A model generated the notes under the pieces. It made no database searches. It saw only the letters and a program-made list of their open reading frames with translations, and had not been told where the DNA came from. Below, piece by piece: positions 35,470 to 47,079 of a DNA stretch of 64,000 nucleotides. This stretch comes from Macrostomum hystrix. Taxonomy: Eukaryota; Animalia; Platyhelminthes. Each line of letters begins with the position of its first letter. Within the stretch, counting starts at the first letter, position 1. The translations under genes were made by a program, and so were the position numbers. The stretch lies in contig CATNEN010000025.1 in the NCBI GenBank assembly GCA_950097015.1, forward strand, positions 2,790,001 to 2,854,000, given 5' to 3'.

Positions 35470-36752
35470 CGAGGGTTGTGTCATAAATTCGCTGACAAAC
35501 TTACAGAGCGTCTGTTTCTTTTGTACTTTAGGCACCATCGATCTTATTGTCTATGGAAAATCTTCCCTCTGGCTTTTGAGACAAGGCAGAAATCTCGATT
35601 TGCCTTGTTCTGCCTTGGGATTCAAACCACCCTTTTATCCAGTATGGAGAAAAGTGAAGCTACCAAGGGCACTGCCTTTTGGTCTTTGTGGAAGAAGCAG
35701 AAGAAGCAGGCTGATATTTACCGTGAGCTGCTGCAAATATTGAGCGAGGATGCACCTTCGAAACAAACTGTCAAAGTGGGTGCAGCGGATGATGCAATGA
35801 ATGCTCTTTATTGGTATCTCCAACAAGTCCTCTAACTGCCTCAGGGTTGCTCCACGATCATCGTCCAGGGCATGCTGCACACACTGGATGTTGTCACTGG
35901 AAGTGGATGACCGCGGTGCACCTGGGCGGGGAGCATCATCAACTGTTTCCCAGCCGTCCTCAAAGCCCGACCATCTGCATATGACACGAGTTGTTGCACG
36001 ATGGGTCCCTAAACTGCTGACTCCTGTCCAACTGCAAGAGAGGGTCCAGATGTGCCGCCACCTACTCAACGCCTATCAAAACGAGCCCGATTTTCTTAGC
36101 CGCCTGGTGACTAGTGATGAAACGTGGTTTCACTTCTACGAACCAGAAACAAAACGGCAAAGCAGCGTCTGGAAGGCTACTCACGAACCCCCACCGGTCA
36201 AGGCCAAGGCGGTGCAGTCAGCAGGTAAGCGCATGGCCACCGTGTTCTGGGACAGAGAAGGCATCTTGCTGATTGAGTGGCTACCTGAAGGCAGAACCAT
36301 CAATGCCCAGTACTACTGTGAAATATTGGAACGGCTGCGTGAGAAGTTCAAGAGTGAGCGCCGGGGAAGGATCACCAGGGGCATTGTGCTGCAGCAGGAC
36401 AACGCCAGGGCGCATGCCTGCAATGCAACTATGGATGTCATCAGGAGACTAGGCTTCGAGTTGCTGCCTCACCCTGCCTATTCTCCTGACCTGGCCCCCA
36501 GTGACTACTGGTTGTTCCCTAAAATGAAAGAGCCTCTTCGTGGCCATCGCTATGGAAGCCTTTCTGCACTCAGCTCGGCCATCAGCCAGTGGGTACGAGG
36601 GACCCCCACCGAATTCTTCGCCCAGGGCATCTGCAAGCTGCCAGAGGGATGGCACAAATGTGTGCAGCTTGGGGGTGACTATGTCGAGAAGTGCAATGTT
36701 GACAATTGCAATCGTATCTGCAGTTGTCAGCGAATTTATGACACAACCCTCG
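35470..36752 (+). mobile_element. Full-length mariner (DD34D) transposon, 1283 bp, inactivated by an internal inversion and a small deletion
   Basis: Perfect 29-bp TIR CGAGGGTTGTGTCATAAATTCGCTGACAA; TA at 35468-69 and 36753-54; motifs ARWVPK, VTSDETW, QDNARAH, HPAYSPDLAPSDYWLF with 34 residues between the last two Asp. Confidence 0.96.
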
Positions 36753-36779
36753 TATTTTAGCAAAGCGATTTAAAAACAA

Positions 36780-37065
36780 TAGGGCTGTGGTATTTGAAGG
36801 GCTTGGCAGTGAGATGTTGCTGTGGGATTTGAAGGGTTTAGGGGTGAGATGTTGCTGTGGGATTTGAAGGGCTTGGCAGTGAGATGTTGCTGTGGGATTT
36901 GAAGGGCTTGGCAGTGAGATGTTGCTGTGGGATTTGAAGGGCTTGGCAGTGAGATGTTGCTGTGGGATTTGAAGGGCTTGGCAGTGAGATGTTGCTGTGG
37001 GATTTGAAGGGCTTGGCAGTGAGATGTTGCTGTGGGATTTGAAGGCTTGGGAGTGGGGTGTTGCT
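36780..37065. repeat. 35 bp minisatellite, right block (same unit as 34960-35445)
   Basis: Direct tandem copies. Confidence 0.92.
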
Positions 37066-38257
37066 GTGGGATAGGTTTGGTAGCAGAGACTAGATACAAG
37101 ACCATTTCAGACAGCAGAACATTAAGTACACAAGGACACCTAAAATTTAACCCTAACTTAAAATGGAACAAAAATTGAACGACAGGAAAATGCAAATAAA
37201 AATCAAGTATAACAAAATGGGAAAAACTCTTCAAACAAAAATTTAATTTATATAGTTCTTCAAAAAAGTTGTATCTTAGAGATTCATAAAGTTGAGAGAG
37301 AGATTACAAAAGCAAAACAATAAAGGAAAACATTTAAATAGATTTTAATTGTTGAAATCATCAACCTGTCAGCCATAACAAATACTAACCAAAATGTAAA
37401 TAAAAACGGTTATAACAAAACTGAAATACAAACAGAGATTATTTATCTGGAAGGCCGCTGCTACGGTAGGTCAAATGTAGAAAATATAATAACTGTAAAT
37501 TAAGCACACGGTAATATTCAGTTAAACAACTGGAATGATAGCAAATAGCTGGTGTAAATAACTGATAGCCGATATCTAATAATAACAGCTAGGTTTATGT
37601 TTGAGTATGCAAATTGAGATAGCCAAAAACGACTCATAAAGAGTAGCGGCTAATTAAAGTTACCTTCCCATATCGAATTAAAATAATAAACTACTCATAG
37701 TAGACAACTAGAAAGAAAAGCAGAGCTTTGAAGCAGAGACATACAGACAGACAAAGAGACAGACAGATAGACAGGGACTCAGGGGCAGAAATACAGACGG
37801 ACAGACGGAGAGAGAGACTGGTCATAATTCACTAGCCTTAGCTATAAAAGTACAAAAGTAAGAGTGGAGTGGAGTTGGGGGTAAAGATTGGCAGCAGTAG
37901 ATTGTAAAATTAATAAAATCAAACAACACAACTGGAAAAAATAAATACAAAATTGGACCGATTTTGACAAATGTAACACTCATTAATAACAGCAGTATTC
38001 CTATATATAAATATAGATTTTAAACTGCCTCTAAGTGTACCCTCCTAAATACGTAGAAGGAACTAAGAGCAAGCAAACCGAATTACCGAATGTACGCTCG
38101 TAGAGATTGGCAAAAAAGGCAAAAATGAACAACAAGTCTAAACACCCTTATATGTGACGACAGGATTCAGTAAGTTTGAAAAAAAATATGCGAATATAAG
38201 TTCGCCATTTAAAAAAATCTAGGATCAAAATTTGGACGTCATACTTTCGTGTCATGT

Positions 38258-38485
38258 TAAGCCCAAGGTCAAAGTTGGCACGCGATAAACGCGTGTTAAG
38301 TTAAGCCCAAGGTCAAAGTTGGCACGCGATAAACGCGTGTCAAGTTAAGCCCAAGGTCAAAGTTGGCACGCGATACACGCGTGTCAGGTTAAGCCCAAGG
38401 TCAAAGTTTGCACGCGATACACGCGTGTCAAGTTAAGCCCAAGGTCAAAGTTGGCACGCGATACACGCGTGTCAGGTTAACCCTA
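38258..38485. repeat. ~44 bp minisatellite, 5 copies (GTTAAGCCCAAGGTCAAAGTTGGCACGCGATACACGCGTGTCA)
   Basis: Direct tandem copies. Confidence 0.92.
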
Positions 38486-39282
38486 AGGTCACATTTTGGA
38501 TGTGATAAACATAATTGTTTAAGAGCTTTCAAAAAAAGAAATCTATAATCTTCCATTTTCTGTACGATAACACGCAACATCGCTACATTTATTAGATTTT
38601 TTAACTCGGAATAGACAGACATACCAACACCACATATACCTTAACTTATATAAAGAAAAACTAAGAAGAAAACTGATTCGAAAGTAATCATCTAGCAGCG
38701 AAAAAAATAAAATGAAAGCAATCCAAGAGGTTTTGTGAATGTTTTGTTGATGAGTGTGCGTGTGGCCAGGTAACAGAGTAGAGAGGGCACGGGGGCAAAC
38801 AAAAATAGCGTAACTGTCAATGATTTCCACTTGAGTTTACAATCAACCGGACTAGATAGAAACGCTCTTAAATCAAAAGCATAAACGCGCACTCATCTGC
38901 CAATTGCGCTATCGAAATATCGAAATGAGTATGAACGAACGAGAAGCAAACGAAAAAATGAAAAAAAAGAAACATATTATTCTTTTAAGACGGTTACAAA
39001 TTTTACAATTTGTTTTCAGACACTTGATTGTTCCGAAATAAAACTCTGACATGGATATTCAACAAAAGGAATATATATCAAGCTTTTTTCCGCCAGGTTT
39101 AGCTCCACCTAAGATGAGGCCCGAGACACCAAAGGCTGAGATGATGCAGCCAAACATAGTTGATAAGCTTATGAAATTTAAACGCTAGATAAAGCCACAC
39201 TGACATAATCTTTGACAACCTTGACGTTCTGGAGAAGTGTCGACTTAAGACGCACAACAAAGAGTTCTAGTAAAAATAATTC

Positions 39283-42200
39283 TCAAATGTGCAGCTTCTC
39301 CAGGTCCAGAAGAAGGATGACATTGCGCCGAGGATCGCAAGCGGCTGCCAGGGTGTCGGTGACGCGGCACAGATCGGCCAGGAGGCCGGACTGAGTCTTG
39401 AATAGGCAGACGGCGCTGTTGGCCGCATCTACAGCGGCGGCGGCGGCAGCTGCTGAACCGCCTGACGATAAATCGAGCGACATTAGGCAACCGGCGGACG
39501 CATCGGTCTCAGACGATTTGGCGCACACCAGTCGGTCGCCCATGGCAACCAGAGCCGGTTGAGCGGCTGACACCAAACTGACGGAGTTTTCAGTTGAAGT
39601 TTTCGAAGCCGAAGTGTCGGCAGTCATTGGCAGTAGGACAGGATGCTTGCCGTTTGGGTTGGTGACCTCCATCACTAGGAATTCGTAGCGATTGGATTTG
39701 CAGCGCAGGGTGGCTACAAGGAGCCGAGGTCCGGGACACCAGGTCAGGCGCACCGGGCAGCCCGGATCTGTCTGCGGCAGGGTGGCGCGAACGGAGTCGT
39801 CTGTGCACGAGAAGATGAACACGCCTATGCGAGGGCAGCAGACGAAGATCAGCTCTCCGTCTGTGGCCGCGTCCTCGGGCCTGGAATTGGGATTGCGGGA
39901 TGCAAGGGTCTGTAGATGCTACAACTGGTGCTGGTATGGGTGCTGCAACTGGTGCTGTTATGGGTGCTGCAACTGGTGCTGTTATGGGTGCTGTAACTGG
40001 TGCTTTTATGGGTGCTGTAACTGGTGCTGTTATGGGTGCTGCAACTGGTGCTTTTATGGGTGCTGCAACTGGTGCTGTTATGGGTGCTGCAACTGGTGCT
40101 GTTATGGGTGCTGTAACCGGTGCTGTTATGGGTGCTGCAACTGGTGCTTTTATGGGTGCTGTAACTGGAGCTGTTATGGGTGCTGCAACTGGTGCTTTTA
40201 TGGGTGCTGCAACTGGTTCTGCTATGGGTGCTGTAACTGGTGCTTTTATGGGTGCTGTAACTGGTGCTGCAACTGGTGCTGCAACTGGTGCTGTTATGGG
40301 TGCTGCAACTGGTGCTGTTATGGGTGCTGTAACTGGTGCTGTTATGGGTGCTGTAACTGGTGCTTCTATGGGTGCTTCTACTGGTGCTGTTATGGGTGCT
40401 GTAAGTGGTGCTGTTATGGGTGCTGCAACTGGTGCTGTTATGGGTGCTGTAACTGGTGCTGTTATGGGTGCTGCAACTGGTGCTGTTATGGGTGCTGTAA
40501 CTGGTGCTGTTATGGGTGCTGTAACTGGTGCTTCTATGGGTGCTTCTACTGGTGCTGTTATGGGTGCTGTAAGTGGTGCTGTTATGGGTGCTGCAACTGG
40601 TGCTGCAACTGGTGCTGCAACTGGTGCTTTTATGGGTGCTGCAACTGGTGCTGTTATGGGTGCTGTAACTGGTGCTGTTATGGGTGCTGTAACTGGTGCT
40701 TTTATGGGTGCTTCTACTGGTGCTGTTATGGGTGCTGTAAGTGGTGCTGTTATGGGTGCTGCAACTGGTGCTGCAACTGGTGCTGCAACTGGTGCTGTTA
40801 TGGGTGCTGCAACTGGTGCTGTTATGGGTGCTGTAACTGGTGCTGTTATGGGTGCTGTAACTGGTGCTGTTATGGCTTCTGTAACTGGTGCTGTTATGGG
40901 TGCTGCAACTGGTGCTGTTATGGGTGCTGTAAGTGGTGCTGTTATGGGTGCTGCAACTGGTGCTGCAACTGGTGCTGCAACTGGTGCTTTTATGGGTGCT
41001 GCAACTGGTGCTGTTATGGGTGCTGTAACTGGTGCTGTTATGGGTGCTGTAACTGGTGCTGTTATGGGTGCTGCAACTGGTGCTGCAACTGGTGCTGCAA
41101 CTGGTGCTTTTATGGGTGCTGCAACTGGTGCTGTTATGGGTGCTGTAACTGGTGCTGTTATGGGTGCTGTAACTGGTTCTGTTATGGGTGCTGTAACTGG
41201 TGCTGTAACTGGTACTGTTATCGGTGCTGTAACTGGTACTGTTATCGGTGCTGTAACTGGTACTGTTATGGGTGCTGTAACTGGTTCGGTTATGGGTGCT
41301 GTAACTGGTTCTGTTATGGATGCTGCTACAGCGACTGGAATTAGCAGAGGCTAAACAACAAGTGGAGCATCCCTTACCTGCAAAGTGAATATTTTCCGGA
41401 CACAGCCGGTCCAATCCGTCGCTCAGCGTAGCCGCTGGGCCACGCAGTCAGCACGCAGCCATTGCGATTGTCAACAACCAACAGCCACTCTCGCACAGGG
41501 CAGGCCACCACCCTGTAGGGATCGATCCTGGGACCTTTGTCCACAACTTCGCCTTTAAACTGCAATTGGTGCGTAAAATTGCCGCGCTGATTATAGACCC
41601 GAATGCATTTAGCTGGCTGAGTCTCAACTGCGTAGAAATTGCCCAACAGGTGGGCCAGCGCCACCGGCCGACCCTCGGCTTTGAAGGTCTGGCAGCTGGA
41701 GTCCGCTTCGACCCGACCGCGTCGCTTCTTCTTTCGCGGCCGAAGGCGCGACTCCATGGCGACGGCGTCTGTTTCCCAGAATTCTAGCAGATTGCGGTGC
41801 TGAATGTCGCCAACGATCGGAACAGCGGAGGCGGCGGCTGCGGCGGCTGCGGCGGCAGCTTCCGGATCCAGCAGATCGAAGTCATCAACTAGTGAGGAGC
41901 CGCATCCGCTGCCAGTCAGAGGCCGATTCGTCGACACTAGCAGCATCGGCGAGGGCGAGGGCGAAGACGACGTCTCGCCGCCACAGTGGCCGACTGTCAC
42001 GTCGATGTCCAGTCCGGGACTAGGGCCGCCGCTGGCAAAACCGAAGCCGCCATCAGCGTCCGCCACTTGAACAGCATAGTCGATAGCGTCGAGAAGGTCG
42101 CACAGTCTAGCGCGGGCCTCCTCCAGGCAGCAGACGGGACCTTCTGGGCCGGCCAGCCGACCAGATAAGGGGGCCAGTAGGCGAACTAGACCGACCAGCT

Positions 42201-42667
42201 CCTCCATGTGCTCGGCTGTCTCCTCTTCGTTGCCGTTTGCGACATCAGCAGCGGCAAGTTCGGAGTCAGCGCAGAGCAATGCCCGGCCGCATTCGTCCAG
42301 CAATTCGTCGAGTTCGCCGTGTCCAGAAAGGCGATCCAGGACTCGTCGACGCCGAGCTTCCAGTTCAGCGGCGGCTTCGTCGAAGAAGGCCTCAGCTGCG
42401 GCGCGTTCAAGACTGCGCGCTTCGCCGGCGGCCAATTCAGCGAGGCGGCCGACGGCGGCAGCGTGAAGATCCAAAGCCTGCAGATTTAGGCGGGCCTCGA
42501 TTGACAAACTGACTGACCAGTTAATCTCACGCTTTTTATCTCACCTGTTGTCGTAGCTCACGCCCGTGACCGGCTAGACAGGCGCCGCAGAGCCGGCGTG
42601 AACAATGCAGACAGTCTGTTAGACGGCCAATCGAACTGGCGCAATTGCAGTCGGCGCACTCGTTCAT
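39283..42667 (-). CDS. B-box / coiled-coil / beta-propeller (TRIM-NHL-like, no RING seen) protein, 3 exons, 606 aa
   Basis: Exons 42667-42545, 42477-41378 and 39880-39283; GT-AG, phases 0 and 2; 1821 nt open. N-terminal C-x2-C-x11-C-x2-C-x4-C-x2-C-x3-H; Ala/Glu/Arg helical region; C-terminal repeats such as PVALA..GNFYAVE, PYRVVA..EWLLVVDNRNGCV, PEDAATDGELIFV. The NHL assignment is inferred. Confidence 0.72.
39918..41330. repeat. 24/12 bp intronic minisatellite (ACTGGTGCTGTTATGGGTGCTGTA) filling almost all of TRIM intron 2
   Basis: Direct tandem copies lying between donor 41377 and acceptor 39881. Confidence 0.95.
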
Positions 42668-44356
42668 TCTGCGTGCTACTAATAGTAGAGTCCGGGCAAG
42701 CGCTAGGAAAGAAATCAAAAGCTAGTTCTGATCCTGAGAGAACACTCAGTTGAGTTTTTTGCTTTGTTGTTGCCTTGTGTTCTGGAAAATTATAAAATAA
42801 AATGATTCGAAAGTAATCGTCTAGCAGCGAAAAAATAGTATGAAAGCAATGCAAGAGGTTTTGAATGCAATGAAAGCAATGACTTCATAAAATTTACTAT
42901 AGAAGCGAGCAGATAAAATTAACATAAAAATGATTCTGAACAGCCTTTTTGACATTTTTAAATGGGAATAGCCGCCTTTCGTATTTAGTTGCGTTCATTA
43001 CAGGTTACAGTTAAGATACTTTTTGCGTCTCTTAGCCATAGTCGAACTGCCGATTCTACTGATTTACTTTTAGGATTAATATAAGCGAAAAGGAAAGCAT
43101 GCAGGCACACACTCATACATATAAGTCTTGACTTTCTTATCATGGACTTTTACTTGTCCTTGTGCAATTCTTAAGCACGACCTAAAGACATACTTTGTAG
43201 CTGATGCAAAATGAAGTGCATTTTGATTGTGCTAAGTTCTATGCTTTAGTCGCTAAAATTTTTATGATTGTAAGTCGTTACTTCTCTATTTGTAAATCAT
43301 TATATCAGCAATTTATTACTGATAAAACTTTTTGTTGCATATAGTAATAACTAGTATAGTAATAACTAGCAAGTTTTGCTTTCCGTTCGGGGGTAATAAT
43401 AGCTTTATCATTTATTTTTTTAATAATTCCTTCTTGTATCTATAAGTTTGTTGTGAATTTTTCTGCCACAACATACATTGTCACAGCAAAACACCTTTAA
43501 CGGTCACAGCAAACCGCTCGATTTTGTGTAGCTCTAATTAGGGCCGTTTAAAGAAATGGTATTAAATCAGCCTAAATTTATAGCCTCTGCAAGTTGTGAC
43601 ACATTTTCGCACTGTCTGCACGAGTTATGAAACAAGACTACGCTCGTACGCCTCAAATGTGTGTCCATTTAAATTGCCTTTAAATTGTTACTTGGCTACC
43701 TCTTTAAAAATTACTTATATATGAGCGTACCAGTTTACATGAGTTTACATGAGTTTAAAAAGTTTACATGAAAGTTTTCCACAGACAACAAGCAATGTTA
43801 CCGATTGCGATGTAATTCGCGTCTAGATAGCTTACTTAGATTTATTTGAATCTTCATAACTTTTTCGTAGCAATGTAGCAACAAAAAGGATACTAAAGAA
43901 TGTTAGGGCCTAAACATACAAGCAATGTGTGCATGTGAGCGAAACAACTACCATCTGACCATAAAAAGAGCTAAATCTAAAATCAGGTCAAAGAAAGCCT
44001 AATGAAAACAAGCTTCGCGAAAGGAAGTGAAAGAATACTTTAAGAAGAACCAAACGAAACAGATTTTTGTTTGAAAATATTTTTAGGGCCATTAAGTTAC
44101 TTATTTAACTGTACTGTAACTTTTTATTGTAAGTTTTGTTTTGTAATTTTAGAAAGTTTTCCAATAAAAATTTACCAAAACTTGAAGCTCATTCGCTGTT
44201 ACATCCGAGCAATTCGCCTTTGAAGCTGACCTGGGACTTGCAACTAGGATTCTTTATTACTAAATATCAACACATCGCACAACATACTGAGAAAGCATGT
44301 TTGACTGTCCTCAGACATTCCAGTAAGGTTTTTGATATTGAGGATCACCCAATCAA

Positions 44357-47079
44357 CCCCGAAAAGTCGGATGGTATGCACGGCTTACCACGTGGGAATC
44401 TAAATTCTAGTCTAACCTAAAGCTAACCTAAATTTGTGTCTATGGCAATATACGCTCGTATTACGAGTATTCCGTTCTGGTCGGACTGCTTACCGGTTGG
44501 CATTTAGAATATTATAAATGACTCGTACAAAGTTCCTAATATTATTTTATATTTCACAGACAGGTTGAATACGCTATAAGCTTTTCACCAACAGTGAATT
44601 TTCCAAGCTAACGGAAACTGGAAATATGCTAGAAACGAGTGAATTTAATGATAGAGTGTAAAGCAGATATATTCATTTAGGTTTGAATGTTTAGACACAT
44701 TTTGAGGGCCTAGTTAGCGAGTGCCAAAAAAATAAAAAAACAATCGAAACATGAAAAATTCAAATGGGGGGAGTAAACAACCTGTTTTATCTGAAGATGG
44801 ATCATTTCTAATAGAGGATTTAAAATAGGGCAAAAGTTTGCCAAACTGCATCCATCAATTCCAACTGAAGGTTTTTAGTTAAGCTACAAACAGTCACATT
44901 TTTCATATGCAAATTAAGCACAAAAGCATATCTGCATAATTTCTAGTCTGCCAAAAGCTTAATAAGAAAGGTGGTTAATTAATCGGAAAGTTAGGAAGGA
45001 AACAATAAGGAAGGTTAATCAATCGAACAGCAACTAGGCGTGACATTGTTAAAATCAGATTTTCAGGCACAGACCAGGTGCACCTGGGTACTCTGGGAAG
45101 CAGTAAATCTTGCGCTTGCTGCTGCCAGCTCGATAGCAGAAGCGGCATCTCGGTTGACTCTCGCGAACCATGATTTTTGTTGCAAAACGCGGACCGACTG
45201 GGCCGAATGCCTGGACTGCCAGAGCCAGAGCTGCTGGTCGCTTTCTACTCCCTCCAGTGCGCTAAACCATTTCGCGAATGCTGGCCTCCAGAAACTTGAA
45301 AAAACATTTTGCCCACCTCACCGACGGTACACAATCCAAGCATTCCGAACAATTAGCAGACCAAGCTTCAAAAACCACTTCGTGGTTTTCCTCCCCGGTT
45401 GATGTGACCGTCCATTTTGTCGACACAACCCTGCATGCATCGATTGTAGGTCTGCACTTCTACACGATGATTTCTGCTGGCGATGATGCGTCTGACTTGC
45501 ACTCTGGAAGCCGCCTCCATCCTATCCATTAGGTACAGAGTCTTCAGGCCGTTCTTTTTTCTCTCTACTATTTTAGCTAAAAGCACAACGCCGTTGCGCA
45601 TGAATCCGACATCGTTCGGCGGCACATTAAACTGCCTGAGTTTAATAGGCACACCACGATCGGACCGGATAGTGCAGGTCAGATGAGTTCCTCGAGTCAG
45701 CAGGTACTCAGCGAGCCGATTGGAACCAAACCACTTGTCAATAAATACACGATAGTCTTGATGCAAGAGGTCAGCTCCACGTCAGCTCGGAGGTGACTCA
45801 GAGGTCAGCTCGGCACAGCTCCACGTCAATCTTCTCACTGAAAGACAATTGCTTGCCTTGTAGATCTTCGTGGAACCTGCGATTCTTCTCCGGGGTGGAG
45901 TGGACGCGAAAGTTGTAAATGTACCCCGTCTCGGCTTCACAGGCGCAGTACAGCTTGATGCTGTACTTGGCGCGCTTCGTCAGGATGTACTGCTTGAAGT
46001 GCAGGCGGCCGTTCAACAGCACCAGTGACTCGTCGATGCTCACATCCTCCTCCGGTCTTCAGACATTCATTCACAGCTGTCTTAAGGTGTGCAGCAAAGG
46101 GCGAATCTTAAACAACGAATCGCCAGGAGCCGGATCGTCGGTGCAATCGTAAAAGCAAAGCAGACCGAGCAGCTGCTTGAATCGATCCCTGCAGAGCGCT
46201 TCAGGGATTAGAAAGAATGATGTTGAATAGTAGCTGTCCATACACCAGTACTGGTGCATCTCTACTTTTTTGTTGTTGCCCATGAAGAGGTAAATCCCAA
46301 TTACCGTCTTTCACTTCATTCGCGCTACAATCGGTCCATTTCGAAACTCACAGCTAGGTCATCAGCAGGCGTTGCATGGATTAGGGCCCAGGCTTTTGGA
46401 TTAGTCCATTTAGCTAAGTCATCAAACAAAGAGTCGGGTGGATAGAGACCAAGAAAAAAAATGGACTGCTCAACATCACCGGGAACTTCGATTCCAGGAT
46501 TAAGTCCTGGTGTGCCGAGAAATTTAGTTTCATTTTCGGAAACGTCAATCTTAACGATTGCAGGAATCTATGGCATCTCCTCCATCGCTTCTTCATCGCC
46601 AGTGTCCATGAAATCAGACGCCTCCTCCAAGATGATTAAGTCCTCATCATCTGACGTCATTAGCTCGTCCATTCGCTTATTTTCTTTGCCATGTTACTAA
46701 AAATTTCGCTACTGTCTAACTAGCTATGGCTTAAGTTAGCTTGTTTACACTTAGCAACTATGGTACGAGAATGTTATCGGAAGAACATACTGGTAACAAG
46801 AATGTTGCGAGAGAGTGAAAATCTCATGAACTGCTTTATGCTACTATAGCTAGCTACTCTATGGTCAAGACCCAAGAACCCCTCAGTATTTTACAGTGAC
46901 ATACATGACGTCTTGCTTTACATTGGCTAGTATGAAGCGTACACAGCTAAAGCCCTAGATTTTCCTGTTGTCTTTCAAACACTAATTCCGAAATTGAAGC
47001 CGACTGGAATGTCTATGCTTCCGGAAAAAAGCAAGAGTTGTCTATGGTAAGCACTGCTTACCATTCCGACAAGAAAGGA
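44357..47079 (-). mobile_element. piggyBac fossil: fragmented transposase at ~45050-46680, degenerate termini
   Basis: Split ORFs carry piggyBac motifs (QYW..D, RDRFKQLL, KIRPLL, SIDESLV, KQYI.TKRAKY.IK, VFIDKWF, GTHLTCTIRSDRG, YNR.M.G.VDKMD). Imperfect inverted repeats at 44366-44389 and 47046-47070, each 9 bp from a TTAA-like site (TCAA / TTAT). Boundaries less certain than the transposase call. Confidence 0.75.

Noticed and set aside
39692-41414. 550-aa Cys-rich, 521-aa Ser/Thr-rich and 484-aa Gly/Ala ORFs
   Set aside because: All are translations of the 24/12-bp minisatellite lying within TRIM intron 2; open in several frames because the unit lacks stops.
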